NCBI GenBank assembly: GCA_965652295.1
Contig: CBFGTS010000006.1
Coordinates: forward strand, 96,001 to 160,000
From: an uncultured Haloferula sp.
GTDB lineage: Bacteria; Verrucomicrobiota; Verrucomicrobiia; Verrucomicrobiales; Akkermansiaceae
Direction: 5' to 3'
Length of the DNA stretch: 64,000 nucleotides
Part shown: one piece after another, positions 48,883 through 61,658 of the stretch
How the letters are laid out: every line of letters begins with the position of its first letter
Position numbering within the stretch: position 1 is the first letter of the stretch
Notes under the pieces: generated by a model
The model's database searches: none
What the model was told of the DNA's origin: nothing
What the model saw: the letters and a program-made list of their open reading frames with translations, nothing else
Translations under genes and position numbers: made by a program

Positions 48883-49806
48883 ATGCTCCGCGCCATCCTC
48901 CAGCGACTGCTCCAGGGCGTGCTCGTGCTCTTCGTCCTGTTCACGGTCACGTTTCTCCTCGTCAAGCAACTGCCCTACGGACCCTTCCAGCAGGAAAAGG
49001 CCATCCCCGACCACATCCGCGCCAAGGTCGAAGCCTACTACGGCCTCGATCAGCCGACCTCCGTCCAGTATTTCAAGCGCCTCAAGAACTACCTCAAAGG
49101 CGATACCGGCCTGAGCCTCCGCCTCGAGGGCCGGCCGGTTTCCGAAATCATCACGCAGGCCTTCCCCACCTCGCTTCAGCTCGGTATCGCCGCCATGTTC
49201 GTGGCCCTGTTCATTGGCATCCCGCTCGGCACCCTGGCGGCGGCGAAAAAGAACTCGCTCATCGATTTCGGCGCGATGGCCCTGGCCATGACCGGCATCT
49301 GCCTCCCCGCCTTCGTCATCGGCCCGATCCTGGCCGAAATCTTCGGCCGCGGCCTAAAGCTGCTGCCCGCCGTCGGCTGGGACCCCACCACGCCGCGCTC
49401 GTGGATCCTGCCAGCCATCACCCTGGGCCTCGCCACCGCCGCCTACCTTTCCCGCCTCACCCGCGCCGGGATGCTCGATACCCTCTCGCAGGACTTCGTC
49501 CGCACCGCCAAGGCCAAGGGCGTGCCGGGTCGCACGATCCTCGTCCGCCACTGCCTGCGCGGAGGTCTCATCCCCGCCCTCGCCTACATCGGTCCCGCCT
49601 TCGCCGGGCTGATTTCCGGCTCGGTTGTCATTGAAAGCATCTTCCAGATCCCCGGCCTCGGGCAGCACTTCATCAAGGCCATCGAGACCGGCGATGAGCC
49701 CGTCATCCTCGCCACCGTCATGCTCTACGGCACCCTGATCATCATCGCCAATTTCCTCACCGACATCGTCGCCGTTTGGCTCAACCCGCGCCTTCGCACC
49801 CGATGA
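48883..49806 (+). CDS. Oligopeptide ABC permease (OppB-like)
   Basis: DFVRTAKAKG, GSVVIESIFQIPGLG, LNPR. Confidence 0.93.
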   Translation: MLRAILQRLLQGVLVLFVLFTVTFLLVKQLPYGPFQQEKAIPDHIRAKVEAYYGLDQPTSVQYFKRLKNYLKGDTGLSLRLEGRPVSEIITQAFPTSLQLGIAAMFVALFIGIPLGTLAAAKKNSLIDFGAMALAMTGICLPAFVIGPILAEIFGRGLKLLPAVGWDPTTPRSWILPAITLGLATAAYLSRLTRAGMLDTLSQDFVRTAKAKGVPGRTILVRHCLRGGLIPALAYIGPAFAGLISGSVVIESIFQIPGLGQHFIKAIETGDEPVILATVMLYGTLIIIANFLTDIVAVWLNPRLRTR

Positions 49807-50807
49807 CCACCGCCGCCGCATCCACCACCGTCCCACCCCGCCGCGTCGAAAAGGGAGCCTCGCTCTGGCGGGATGCCTGGCGCCGCCTCGCGAAAAACCG
49901 CGCCGCCATGGTCAGCCTCGCCCTGCTGGTCGTCATCGTGCTCGCCTGCGTCATCCTGCCCGCCATTCCCGGGTTCCTCGCCGACCCAGGAATCCAGAAT
50001 CTCGAAAACAAACACCTGCCCCCCAACGCGGAGCACTGGTTCGGCACCGACCACCTCGGGCGCGATCTCTTCAGCCGCATCCTCTTCGGCGGGCGCGTTT
50101 CGATCATGGTCGGCGTCATCACCACCATGGTCTCCGTGACCATCGGCATCACCTGGGGTGCCATCTCCGGGTACGTCGGAGGCCGTACGGATGCCTTCAT
50201 GATGCGTTTCGTCGACATTCTCTACGCCCTGCCTTTCCTCGTGATCGTGATCCTGCTCGGTGCCGTGCTGAGCCCATTGACCGATGATCTCACAAAATTC
50301 ACCGTGGACCTTTTCGCCCCCGAAGGCAGCAGCGCGGCGAAGACCAACGAAGTCCGCACCGCCGTCGAGCCCTTCACCACCCTCGTGCCGCTGTTCATCG
50401 CCATCGGCGCGCTGTCCTGGCTGAACGTCTCCCGGATCGTCCGCGCCCAGGTCCAGAGCGTCGCCCGGCTCGAATTCGTCGAAGCCGCCCGCTCGCTCGG
50501 CCTCGGCCACCTGCGGATCCTATTCCGCCACATCCTGCCGAACACACTCGGGCCGATCATCGTTTACACCACCCTGACTATTCCCGGCGTCATGCTTTTC
50601 GAGGCCACCCTGTCGTTCCTCGGGCTCGGCGTGAAACCGCCGAACTCCTCCTGGGGTATCCTCATCGAGGAGGGCGCCAACCGCATGCTCTCCAACCCCC
50701 GGTTGCTCCTCTTTCCCGCCCTCTTTTTCTCCACCACCCTCTTCGCCCTCAACTTCCTTGGCGATGGCCTGCGCGACGCGCTCGACCCGAAGTCGTCGAA
50801 GGATTGA
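49803..50807 (+). CDS. Oligopeptide ABC permease (OppC-like)
   Basis: HWFGTDHLGRD, FVEAARSLG, EATLSFLGLG, GDGLRDALDP. Confidence 0.93.
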   Translation: MTTAAASTTVPPRRVEKGASLWRDAWRRLAKNRAAMVSLALLVVIVLACVILPAIPGFLADPGIQNLENKHLPPNAEHWFGTDHLGRDLFSRILFGGRVSIMVGVITTMVSVTIGITWGAISGYVGGRTDAFMMRFVDILYALPFLVIVILLGAVLSPLTDDLTKFTVDLFAPEGSSAAKTNEVRTAVEPFTTLVPLFIAIGALSWLNVSRIVRAQVQSVARLEFVEAARSLGLGHLRILFRHILPNTLGPIIVYTTLTIPGVMLFEATLSFLGLGVKPPNSSWGILIEEGANRMLSNPRLLLFPALFFSTTLFALNFLGDGLRDALDPKSSKD

Positions 50808-50865
50808 CGATTTTCGATTGAAGATCGTCGATTAAAGAGATGGATGTTAGATCGCAAAGACGATC

Positions 50866-50907
50866 CTTCAATCTTCAATCTTCAATCTTCAATCTTCAAT
50901 CTTCAAT
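50866..50907. repeat. Heptamer tandem repeat (CTTCAAT)x6
   Basis: Six exact copies ending 3 nt before the radC ATG. Degenerate complementary heptamers (GATTGAC, GATTGAAG, GATTAAAG) at about 50802-50837. Confidence 0.95.
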
Positions 50908-50910
50908 CGC

Positions 50911-51621
50911 ATGAGCCTGATCCGTGACTTGCCGAGCGATGAGCGCCCGCGTGAAAAGCTGGCCCGCCTGGGGCCCGCGGCGCTCGACAACGCCGAGCTG
51001 CTCGCCCTCTTCCTTGGCACCGGGATGAAGGGGAAAAGCTCCATCCAGATCGGGCGCGACATCCTGCGTCACTTCGGCTCGCTCCACGCCCTCGGAGCCG
51101 CCGGCCTCCCTGCCCTGCGCACCACCCCCGGCCTCGGGCTGGCCAAAGCCTGCCAGCTCGCCGCCGCCTTCGAGCTCGGTGCCCGCCTCGCCCGCGAGCG
51201 CATGAACCACACCCCACTCGACTGCCCCGAGCGCATCTACGAATCCTTCGCCCCCCAGCTCGCCCACCTGCCGCACGAGAAACTCCTCGTCGCCATGGTG
51301 AACTCTCGGCTCGAGCACATTGCCACCACCGAGATCACCAGCGGCACCCTCACCGAGACCTCCGCCCATCCGCGCGAAGTCCTGCGACCCATCGTGCTTC
51401 ACCACGCGTGGGGTTTCGTGCTCGTTCACAACCATCCCTCCGGCGATCCCCGCCCGAGTGAAGCCGATCTCGAATTCACCCACCGCCTCAAGGCCGCCGC
51501 CGACGTCCTCAGCATCCGCTTGCTCGACCATCTCATCATCGGCCGCCCCTCCGACTTCCGGGAGCCCTACTATTCCTTCCGGGAAAACGGCCGGTTCGAC
51601 GCCAAGGAACGCGAGGAATAA
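50911..51621 (+). CDS. radC: RadC/JAB-domain protein
   Basis: ERPREKL, ELLALFL, HPREV, HNHPSGDPRPSEAD, LLDHLII. Confidence 0.95.
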   Translation: MSLIRDLPSDERPREKLARLGPAALDNAELLALFLGTGMKGKSSIQIGRDILRHFGSLHALGAAGLPALRTTPGLGLAKACQLAAAFELGARLARERMNHTPLDCPERIYESFAPQLAHLPHEKLLVAMVNSRLEHIATTEITSGTLTETSAHPREVLRPIVLHHAWGFVLVHNHPSGDPRPSEADLEFTHRLKAAADVLSIRLLDHLIIGRPSDFREPYYSFRENGRFDAKEREE

Positions 51622-51751
51622 TTCTCATCCATCCGGGCCTCCACCCCATCCATGAAGCAGCCGAAGCGGCGAACGCTTCGGCTGCTTTAGGGGCACTTCG
51701 TCCACCGGCAACCCCGTGCAATGGACGCGAAACCCCTCAACCCCGGATGGG

Positions 51752-53323
51752 CTACTCCTGCTCCACGCGGAAAAACACCTTCGTCGATTCGATGAACGAC
51801 GCCGTGGACGTCGTCATTCCATCGCCGCCGGGAATCCCCGATCCGATGATCTCCGACCAATCGATCAAGTCTTCGGAAGCGGTGATGCGGTAGGTTGAAC
51901 CGAGGCTGCTCTCCCAGCTCAGCGTGACCTCATCGGCTTCGAGGTCCACCGACACATCAAGAATCCGGAAATCCTCCGGCAGGGGAATCAGCGATTCGCC
52001 GGGAAACGGTATGTAATCGCTATAACTCTGCCGCACCATCGGTATCGCCAGGTCAAAGGCCGTGACGTTCTCGATCAAGGTCCAAGTGACTCCGTCCTGA
52101 CTCCCTTCCATGGTGAATTGCACCGGATCCCACTCCGGGAGATTCGCCGCCGTGCCGAAGGCGTAGTCGACGATGCCCGGCGTCTCCGTGCCGAAATCGA
52201 AAACCAGGGGGGCCTTGGCGTTGTCCACCCACTTGGTCGAGAGAACGCCATCGATGAGACTCGCGGGCCCTTCCTCCGGCACTGGATTGACTCCGCCGGG
52301 ATTCTCCACCGCCACGGGAACCACCAGATCGAACTCATCGTAGAACTCGAACTCGGCGAGCTGCACGAACTCCGCTCCCGGGTCCCGTGTCTTCAGCGTG
52401 TTGAAGCGGATGTAGCGGTAGTTCACCGGCCCGCCCACCACGGACCGCACCACCAGGGAATCGGTCGCGGATAGCCCGGCCTCGGTGTCGGTGGCCACGA
52501 TCTCGAACTCCGTATCGCCAGGGCTGAGGGTCACGCTCGCGGACCCGAAAGGCTCGTTCTCGGTAACGACGCCGGGTGTGATCGTCACCTGATCGGCGAA
52601 GGAGGTGTCCCACGAGAGGAGGATGTCTTCGCCCTGGCGGGAAATCTGGGCGTCCGACGTGAGAGCTTCGACCGCCGGTGGTCCCTTCGGTAGCGTCTCG
52701 ATCACCACGCTTCCAATCCCGACATCGCCGCCGTTGCCGTTGCCGAGCCGGATCCGATCGAAGCTCAACCCGGAGGTGTAAACCGCCGTCGCGAGAACCG
52801 GCCCCGCGATGTCCGTCCCGGCATAGAGCCTCGTCCGTCCGGTCACGAAGTCATAGGTCAGGGTGACGACGCCGCCCACGGTCTGCGGATCGGCAACGGC
52901 CCGCTCCAGACTGGGCGCACCTTCCATACCGATCGAGGTATAGTCGCCGGCGAGGTCGCCGACGAAAACAAGCTCCTGCGCGCCGTTGAAAAGAGACACC
53001 CCTGCGTAGCCTCCATTCTGGCTCAGCAGCGAAAAATCGACCGTCATCTTCAGCAGACGTTCGGTGCCATCGAACGGGTTGGCGAAGTGACCGAACGCGA
53101 GCCGGGCGGCTCCGGTGGTATCAATGGAGCCTCCCTGTACCGTCAGCACCGTCCCGTCCGTCTGGCTCCATGGATTGCCGATATCGGGCAGTTTACCGGG
53201 AAGTTCGGTGCCGTCCGGGTCGTCGAAGTCGTCGGAAAACAGCGTATCCCCGAAGACCGGGGAAGATGCCATCAACAGGGAGACGGGGAGGACGTACCAT
53301 CGGAAGGGAAAAGCTGTCGCCAT
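51752..53323 (-). CDS. Secreted multidomain protein (beta-sandwich, Ig-like, discoidin-like, C-terminal FFRV domain)
   Basis: Signal peptide; YRYIRF...QLAEFEF and LIDG...TKW...EGSQDGVTW (permuted discoidin-like); C-terminal VTLSWES...YRI...DW...FFRV. Confidence 0.75.
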   Translation of the reverse strand: MATAFPFRWYVLPVSLLMASSPVFGDTLFSDDFDDPDGTELPGKLPDIGNPWSQTDGTVLTVQGGSIDTTGAARLAFGHFANPFDGTERLLKMTVDFSLLSQNGGYAGVSLFNGAQELVFVGDLAGDYTSIGMEGAPSLERAVADPQTVGGVVTLTYDFVTGRTRLYAGTDIAGPVLATAVYTSGLSFDRIRLGNGNGGDVGIGSVVIETLPKGPPAVEALTSDAQISRQGEDILLSWDTSFADQVTITPGVVTENEPFGSASVTLSPGDTEFEIVATDTEAGLSATDSLVVRSVVGGPVNYRYIRFNTLKTRDPGAEFVQLAEFEFYDEFDLVVPVAVENPGGVNPVPEEGPASLIDGVLSTKWVDNAKAPLVFDFGTETPGIVDYAFGTAANLPEWDPVQFTMEGSQDGVTWTLIENVTAFDLAIPMVRQSYSDYIPFPGESLIPLPEDFRILDVSVDLEADEVTLSWESSLGSTYRITASEDLIDWSEIIGSGIPGGDGMTTSTASFIESTKVFFRVEQE

Positions 53324-53377
53324 GGGGATAGGGAGTTGGGTTTACGGAACGGCTCGAAATCGCCGCATCTAGAAAGG

Positions 53378-53406
53378 CATGCGGATTCGGAGGCGAAGGA
53401 CCGCCA
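53378..53406 (-). promoter_or_regulatory. Putative ECF promoter (leftward)
   Basis: Minus strand TGGCGG-tccttcgcctccgaa-TCCGCATG. Confidence 0.65.
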
Positions 53407-53467
53407 CGAAATCCGCGGTTTTTCCGGCAGCGGTCGGAGGGAGCGAAAAAAGAATCTTCCGACTTTC

Positions 53468-53496
53468 TGGCGGAAATGGCGGGGGATTTCCGCATG
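53468..53496 (+). promoter_or_regulatory. Putative ECF promoter (rightward)
   Basis: TGGCGG-aaatggcgggggatt-TCCGCATG; same boxes and 15-nt spacing as the leftward copy. Confidence 0.65.
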
Positions 53497-53560
53497 ACCT
53501 CATGATGGGACCTCTCGGTTCGAGGCCCCGGATTGAAAAAACTCAGCGACATCCCCATCC

Positions 53561-54256
53561 ATGAAACATCCCCTGAAAAACCCCTCCCTGCTGGTCACGG
53601 CGGTCACGATCCTCGGTACTTCCGTCGGTCACGCCGCTCTCGTCTTCGCCGATGACTTCAGCGAAGCCGATGGCACGGCGATCATTGGCAAAGCCCCGGA
53701 CATCGGCTCGAACTGGTCCGGAACCGCGCCGACCATCAGTGCCGGCAGCTTCGACACCAGCGGCGCAGGCCGCGAAGCCTACGGAAACTTCACCCTGGCT
53801 CTCGGGTCCGGACAGGTGCTCACCATGAGCTATGATGCCCTCCTCCCCTCCGCGGGTGCCTTCTTCACCGGTGGCTATGGAGGCGTGAGCCTCTATTCCG
53901 ACGCCGGCGAGCGGATCTTCACGGGCGATCTGGGTATCGACACGAACTGGGGGGTCGACCAGGCCGCCGTCCTCGGTGCCCAGGCCAGTTCCGACTCCAC
54001 GATTCCGACCACCGCGACCCTCCAATACTTCTTCGATACGGGGGAGTGGTCGTTCACCACGACCTCGGGGGTGAACCTCTCCGGCACCGGTCTGAGCGGT
54101 GAAGCCCTCAACCGGCTCCGCATCGCTAATGGAGCCGGTGGTGACATCCGCGTCGACAACCTGACGGTGGACATCAGCGCGGTGCCCGAGCCCTCCTCCG
54201 CGCTTCTCTCCGGTCTCGCGGTCCTTGGCTTCGGCCTCTGGCGCCGCAGAGCCTGA
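53561..54256 (+). CDS. PEP-CTERM surface protein
   Basis: Signal peptide ending GHA; C-terminal [23 protein letters not shown]. Confidence 0.93.
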   Translation: MKHPLKNPSLLVTAVTILGTSVGHAALVFADDFSEADGTAIIGKAPDIGSNWSGTAPTISAGSFDTSGAGREAYGNFTLALGSGQVLTMSYDALLPSAGAFFTGGYGGVSLYSDAGERIFTGDLGIDTNWGVDQAAVLGAQASSDSTIPTTATLQYFFDTGEWSFTTTSGVNLSGTGLSGEALNRLRIANGAGGDIRVDNLTVDISAVPEPSSALLSGLAVLGFGLWRRRA

Positions 54257-54273
54257 AGCTCCGGCTTCGTTCT

Positions 54274-54308
54274 CGGCCGGCCGGATGATCTCCGGCCGGC
54301 TGTTTTTT
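54274..54308 (+). terminator. Intrinsic terminator between the PEP-CTERM and GH31 genes
   Basis: CGGCCGGCCGGA-TGATC-TCCGGCCGGCTG followed by TTTTTT. Confidence 0.8.
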
Positions 54309-54332
54309 CTCCTGATTTCATCCCGCCCTTCC

Positions 54333-57300
54333 ATGACCCGCACCTCGTGTCCCGCCGCCGCTCTTCTTGCCACGGCGGCTTCCCTCGCCCTCTCCTCCGC
54401 CGCTGAGATCGGCCACGAAACCTTCGACTACCCCGATGGCGCGATCGCCGGCAGGTCGGGCGGGACCTTCTGGGACTGGAACCAGCTCACCGCCATTCAC
54501 AGCGGCAGCGCCTCGGATTGGGCTCACGTCTTCGGCACTCCACAGATCGTCTCCGGCGTGCTGCGCACCCACGAATCCGGTGCCCTGCGGGAATACAACG
54601 GCCCGAGCACCGGTCTCGGTGGCGACGAAGGTGCCGGTGCCCTGCGCGGCTCCGGCGTGGTCTACTACCGCGTCGACTACACCCAACGCGGCGAGAATGC
54701 ATGGTCGGGCATGAGCTCATTCGAGTTCGGCACCGAGCGGGTCTTCTTCGGTCAACCGGGCGGCCAGAGCAACCCGCGGCGATTCGGCATCGATCAGGGC
54801 GGCCAGACCGCACTGGGTTCACGTTCCGTGGCTCCGAACCAAACCTTCGACCTCGTCGCGGAGCTCAACCACAGCTCCAACACCCTGCGTCTCTGGGTCG
54901 ACCCCGAGGACGGTAACTCCGCGCCGGAAGCCTCGAAGATCCGCACCGGCTCGGCGTGGTCGTCTTCCATCCGTCTCGCCTCAGGCGGGCCGACGGAGTG
55001 GGACAACCTGCAGGTGGCCACTTCATGGAAAGACCTCGGTCTTCCTCCGAAGTCCGGAGTGCTGCTGGCGGAGACCTTCGCCGGCTACAACGTGGGCAGC
55101 CTCCCCGGCCAGGCCGTCACGAGCACCGGCTTCGGCGTGGGTGCGAGCTGGCAGGGCGACGGACCGGCTGAGTCCACCTTTGCCTCCAGGTCGGTTTTCT
55201 ACCCCGGGCTGCTGCCGGCCGGGGGCAAGCTGGTCACCTCCGGCGATGGTGGTGCCGGCACGACCGCCCTCCTTGACACCGGGAGCTTCGACCGCGCGGG
55301 ACTGCTGGATGCCGATGGAAAGGTCGGAGGAGGCGACATCGAAGGCTCGCTGTATTTCGCCTTCGTCGGCCGCTCGATGACCGACGTCGGCAGCGGCGCT
55401 TTCGGCGGGCTCCACTTTTACCTCGATGGCAACGAACGCACCTTGATCGGAAACAGCTGGCCGGAGTCGAACTTCGGAGCCTCGGCCGAACACACCGCCA
55501 CGGTGATGCCGCTTTCCAGCGCGAACCCGGACCAGAACGGCGGCCTCGAATCCATTGATACCGACAGCCATTTCTTCATCGGTCGCATCGATTTCCGCGC
55601 CGGCGAGGCGGATGACCTCACCATCTGGCTGGACCCGGATCTCTCCGCACCGGAGCTGGACCAGAGCGCCTCGCTCACCACCCGGACGCCGGGCTTCGCC
55701 GACCTGGCCTTCGATGCAATCCACTTCCGCAGTGGAAACGGGAACCCGTGGGAGTTCGACGACCTCCGCATGGGAACTACTTGGGATTCCGTACTTCCGA
55801 CGCCCTACGAAGGCGACCTCATCCGCGTCCAGACCCTGGGCGAGCGGCTGGTGCGGGTCGAAATCCGCGGACCCCAGGGCTTTGAAGATCGCGAGACCTT
55901 CACCGTCGTCGGCCGCGATTGGGACGAGGTCCCCGCCACGACCACGCACGGGGACGGGGAAACGGTCATCAGCACCGCGAGCTACCGCGTCCGCATTCCG
56001 GCCGATGCGACCTCGCTGGAAGGCATCCGGATCGAGTCGCCCTCCGGTGAGCTGCTCCACGAACTTGCCGCCACTCTTCCTGCAAACGCCTATCTTCCCA
56101 GCCCCGAGGATGCCGGTCCGGTCTGGCTCATGGCGGACCACCCGCGGCTGGTGCCCCCACCTTGGGGTGCCACGCCACCGCCGGACAGCAGCGACCCGCA
56201 GTCCGGTTGGGATTCGGGAAACGACGCCCACGATGTGTACGTCTTCCTCCTCCCGGACGGGGCCGACGAAGCGTTCCGCGAGGACTTCCTGCACCTCACC
56301 GGGCCGGTTCCGCTGCCTCCGCTCTCGACCTTCGGTCTCTGGGACAGCCGGTATTTCCCCTACACCGAGGAGACCGCGCTGGAGGTCATCGACACCTACC
56401 GCGCCAAGTCGATCCCGCTCGACATGTTCGTGCTCGATACCGACTGGCGGATCGGCGCATCCGACGGCTACGGCGTGGCCACGAACTATTTCCCGGACAT
56501 GGCCCGCTTCCTTGAGGCAGCGCACGCACGGAATGTCGGCGTGATGTTCAACGACCACCCCGAACCGATCGCTCCCACGGCGCTCGACCCCGCGGAGCTG
56601 CAATACCGTTGGGAAGGGCTGACCTCGATCCTCGACCTTGGCGGCGACGTCTGGTGGTACGACCGGAACTGGCATACCAGCCTGCCCGAACCGATGCCGG
56701 GGATCCGCAAGGAAGTCTGGGGCATGCGGCTTTTCCAGGACATCACGCAGCGCTACGCACCGGACCGCCGGCCGCTGATCATGGCCAACGTGGACGGCAT
56801 CGACAACGGAGCGTGGAACGACCCCTCGCATCCCGCCGCGCACCGTTTCCCGATCTGGTGGACGGGGGACATCTACAGCGACTGGGATGACATCCGGAAC
56901 GAAGTCGCCCTCTCCACCAACAGCGGCATCGCCCGCATGATGCCCTATGTGCACCCCGACTGCGGCGGCCACAACACCAATCCGACCTCGGAAGGCTACG
57001 CGCGCTGGGTGCAGTTCGGCGCGCTCTGTCCGGTGTTCCGGCTTCATGGTGGTGCCAAGGAAATCCGCTATCCCTGGGCCTACGGAGCGGAAGCCGAAGC
57101 GATCGCCCGCGATTACACCCAGCTCCGCTACCGCCTGCTGCCCACCATCTACTCCGCCGCCGCCCGCGCCCACGAGGATGGCATGCCGATCCTGCGCCGC
57201 TGCGACCTTGAATGGCCGGAGCAACCCGAGGCCGCGGGCGACGGTCAGTATCTGTTCGGCGATGACCTGCTGGTCGCACCGCTCACCCAGCCGGGCACCT

Positions 57301-58745
57301 CGTTCGCGGAGCAGGAAAGCGGCCTCCTCCGCACGGCGGAATCCGGCGGGCAGCCGGGGCTCAACGCAGAATACTTTGCCAACCCTTCGCTCACCGGTGC
57401 GCCGGTGCTCTCGCGTGTCGATGCCGCGGTGAACTTCGATTGGGGTACTGGCTCCCCGGGCCATGGCGTGCCCGCCAACAGCTTCTCGGCCCGCTGGACC
57501 GGATGGATCGGTCCATTCGAGGAAACGGGCACCTTCGAGATCGCCCTCCAGGCGGACGACGGCGTACGTCTGTGGATCGATGACGAATTGTTGATCGATG
57601 CCTGGGTGCCGCAGGACGGCATCTATCACTCGGCCTCCTTCCAGGTCACCGCCGGGGAATCCCTGCCGATCCGCATCAGCTACTATGAAGGTAGTGGAGG
57701 CGCGAAGATCCGCTTCGGTGAAGCCGTCCCGCAGTCGTTCAGCCTGTGGCTGCCACCCGGCGAGTGGGAGGACGCGTGGACCGGCGAGCGCCTCAACGGC
57801 CCCGCCACGATCAGCCGCCATTACCCGTTGGCCCGCTGTCCAATCTTCTACCGCGTGGGCGGGGCCGTGCTGACGGTGCCAACGATGCAATACTCCGGCG
57901 AGCGCCCGTGGGGCGAGGTCGTGGTCGATGCCATTTCCCCTTCCACGGACGGCGAATCCACGCGCGTGCTCTACGAAGACGACGGCGAGTCCACGGGCTA
58001 CCTCGAGGGCCTTTCCCGCCGGACGGTGGTGAAAACCCGCCGCCTCGGCGAGCAGCACCGCGTTTCCATCCTACCCGCGTCCGGAGACTACCCCGGAGCC
58101 ATCAGCGAACGTTCCTGGGGCGTTCGTTTCCACCTGCCCGCCGGAACCACGAAAGGCACCGTACTTCGCAATGGCGTACCACTCCCCTGGGACGGCGGCG
58201 AAGCCGTGTGGATCGAAGGAGGCGGTGATTCCGACGACTCCATGCCTCTTGGCGGCGCAGGCACCGGCACCCGTTCGCTGCAAGGTCCGGTGGTCGAGGT
58301 CACCCTGCCTTCCGAGTCCGTGGCCACCGCCCAGGAGGTCATTTTCGGACCGCTCGACTCGGATGGCGATGGCATCCCGGACGAAACCGAAGGCGATGGC
58401 GATCCTGATGGCGACGGCATTCCGAATTACCTCGACGACGATTCGGATGGCGATGGCCAAAGCGATGCCGTGGAAGCCAGCGCCGGCACCGACCGGCTGA
58501 ACCCGGCGGAGTGGTTCCGGATTGAAAGCTTCGACCATTCCGGTGCCGAAACGCTTCGCCTGACCCTTTCCGGCAAACCCGGCCAAACCTATCAGCTCGA
58601 AGGTTCCCCCTCGATGGAGGAAGGCAGCTGGACGGATGTCGGCGAGCCCATCGGCCCGCTGGCGGCCGCAGCCACCGTGGAGATGGAGGTGCCGCTGACG
58701 GAGGAAAGCAGGAGTTTTTTTCGCATCGCCACCGCCGGTCCATGA
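54333..58745 (+). CDS. Secreted multidomain GH31 glycoside hydrolase with PA14 domain and Ca-binding DxDGDG repeats
   Basis: Signal peptide; [16 protein letters not shown] (nucleophile region), WWTGD (acid/base), [32 protein letters not shown]14 FSARWTG...[25 protein letters not shown] repeats. Confidence 0.92.
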   Translation: MTRTSCPAAALLATAASLALSSAAEIGHETFDYPDGAIAGRSGGTFWDWNQLTAIHSGSASDWAHVFGTPQIVSGVLRTHESGALREYNGPSTGLGGDEGAGALRGSGVVYYRVDYTQRGENAWSGMSSFEFGTERVFFGQPGGQSNPRRFGIDQGGQTALGSRSVAPNQTFDLVAELNHSSNTLRLWVDPEDGNSAPEASKIRTGSAWSSSIRLASGGPTEWDNLQVATSWKDLGLPPKSGVLLAETFAGYNVGSLPGQAVTSTGFGVGASWQGDGPAESTFASRSVFYPGLLPAGGKLVTSGDGGAGTTALLDTGSFDRAGLLDADGKVGGGDIEGSLYFAFVGRSMTDVGSGAFGGLHFYLDGNERTLIGNSWPESNFGASAEHTATVMPLSSANPDQNGGLESIDTDSHFFIGRIDFRAGEADDLTIWLDPDLSAPELDQSASLTTRTPGFADLAFDAIHFRSGNGNPWEFDDLRMGTTWDSVLPTPYEGDLIRVQTLGERLVRVEIRGPQGFEDRETFTVVGRDWDEVPATTTHGDGETVISTASYRVRIPADATSLEGIRIESPSGELLHELAATLPANAYLPSPEDAGPVWLMADHPRLVPPPWGATPPPDSSDPQSGWDSGNDAHDVYVFLLPDGADEAFREDFLHLTGPVPLPPLSTFGLWDSRYFPYTEETALEVIDTYRAKSIPLDMFVLDTDWRIGASDGYGVATNYFPDMARFLEAAHARNVGVMFNDHPEPIAPTALDPAELQYRWEGLTSILDLGGDVWWYDRNWHTSLPEPMPGIRKEVWGMRLFQDITQRYAPDRRPLIMANVDGIDNGAWNDPSHPAAHRFPIWWTGDIYSDWDDIRNEVALSTNSGIARMMPYVHPDCGGHNTNPTSEGYARWVQFGALCPVFRLHGGAKEIRYPWAYGAEAEAIARDYTQLRYRLLPTIYSAAARAHEDGMPILRRCDLEWPEQPEAAGDGQYLFGDDLLVAPLTQPGTSFAEQESGLLRTAESGGQPGLNAEYFANPSLTGAPVLSRVDAAVNFDWGTGSPGHGVPANSFSARWTGWIGPFEETGTFEIALQADDGVRLWIDDELLIDAWVPQDGIYHSASFQVTAGESLPIRISYYEGSGGAKIRFGEAVPQSFSLWLPPGEWEDAWTGERLNGPATISRHYPLARCPIFYRVGGAVLTVPTMQYSGERPWGEVVVDAISPSTDGESTRVLYEDDGESTGYLEGLSRRTVVKTRRLGEQHRVSILPASGDYPGAISERSWGVRFHLPAGTTKGTVLRNGVPLPWDGGEAVWIEGGGDSDDSMPLGGAGTGTRSLQGPVVEVTLPSESVATAQEVIFGPLDSDGDGIPDETEGDGDPDGDGIPNYLDDDSDGDGQSDAVEASAGTDRLNPAEWFRIESFDHSGAETLRLTLSGKPGQTYQLEGSPSMEEGSWTDVGEPIGPLAAAATVEMEVPLTEESRSFFRIATAGP

Positions 58746-58749
58746 GGAC

Positions 58750-60969
<2,220 letters not shown>

Positions 60970-60978
60970 GGGTATTCC

Positions 60979-61539
60979 TCAGGGCGCGGCGGTCGATCGA
61001 TCGGCGGTGATCATCTGGTAAAGCTTCGCCCGCGCGAACATCCACTGCCGTTCCACCGAGCGCATGCTGCGACCGACCAGGTCCGCGATTTCCCGGTTGC
61101 CTAGGCCGGCGTAGAACTTCAACAGGACCACCTGCGCCGACGCCGGATCCGTGCGTTCCAGCTGGAGCAAACACTCGTGGATCAGCAACACATGGTCGTT
61201 GTCGCCGGGGAAACCCTGTTCCAGCGCTTCGTCCGGTTCGGTCGCCCGGCGTTTGGCCGCGGATTTCTCACGCGCGCGGTCCACCAGGATCCGCCGCATC
61301 GCCTGGGCGGCGGCTCCGAAGAAATGCGCCCGGTTTTCCCACGTCACCAGTCGGCCTCCGGAAAGCCGCAGCCACGCCTCGTGGACCAACGCCGTGGGCT
61401 GGAGGGTGAACTGCCGGCTTTCATGCCGCAACCGGTCCGAGGCGATCCGCCGCAGTTCCTCATACACGACCGGGAGAATCTGCTCGGTGGTCAGAGCTTC
61501 AGGCCCCTGCTCGGTCGGCGGTTCCTCCTCGAAAAACAT
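60979..61539 (-). CDS. ECF sigma factor of the kinase-associated type
   Basis: VYEELRRIA, TLQPTALVHEAWLRL, WENRAHFFGAAAQAMRRILVD, WMFARAKL. 9 nt upstream of the kinase. Confidence 0.92.
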   Translation of the reverse strand: MFFEEEPPTEQGPEALTTEQILPVVYEELRRIASDRLRHESRQFTLQPTALVHEAWLRLSGGRLVTWENRAHFFGAAAQAMRRILVDRAREKSAAKRRATEPDEALEQGFPGDNDHVLLIHECLLQLERTDPASAQVVLLKFYAGLGNREIADLVGRSMRSVERQWMFARAKLYQMITADRSTAAP

Positions 61540-61658
61540 ACCCTCCCTTCTAAGAATCCGGAGGTGGCGCGACAAGGCAAATGAACGCTGCAAGACCGCC
61601 CTTCAGCCTCTCGTATGCAGCCTTTTTCCGGGAATCGAAAGATCGCAGGCCTCCGCTC

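Noticed and set aside
55023..58058. Very long antisense ORFs (for example 1011 aa here, 729 aa at 32041, 621 aa at 10443)
   Set aside because: Shadow frames of high-GC genes. They have no recognisable motifs and fully overlap well-supported CDSs.
61565..61592. Autoregulatory copy of the ECF motif
   Set aside because: TGGCGC...CGC is on the wrong strand for the sigma gene and has different spacing.
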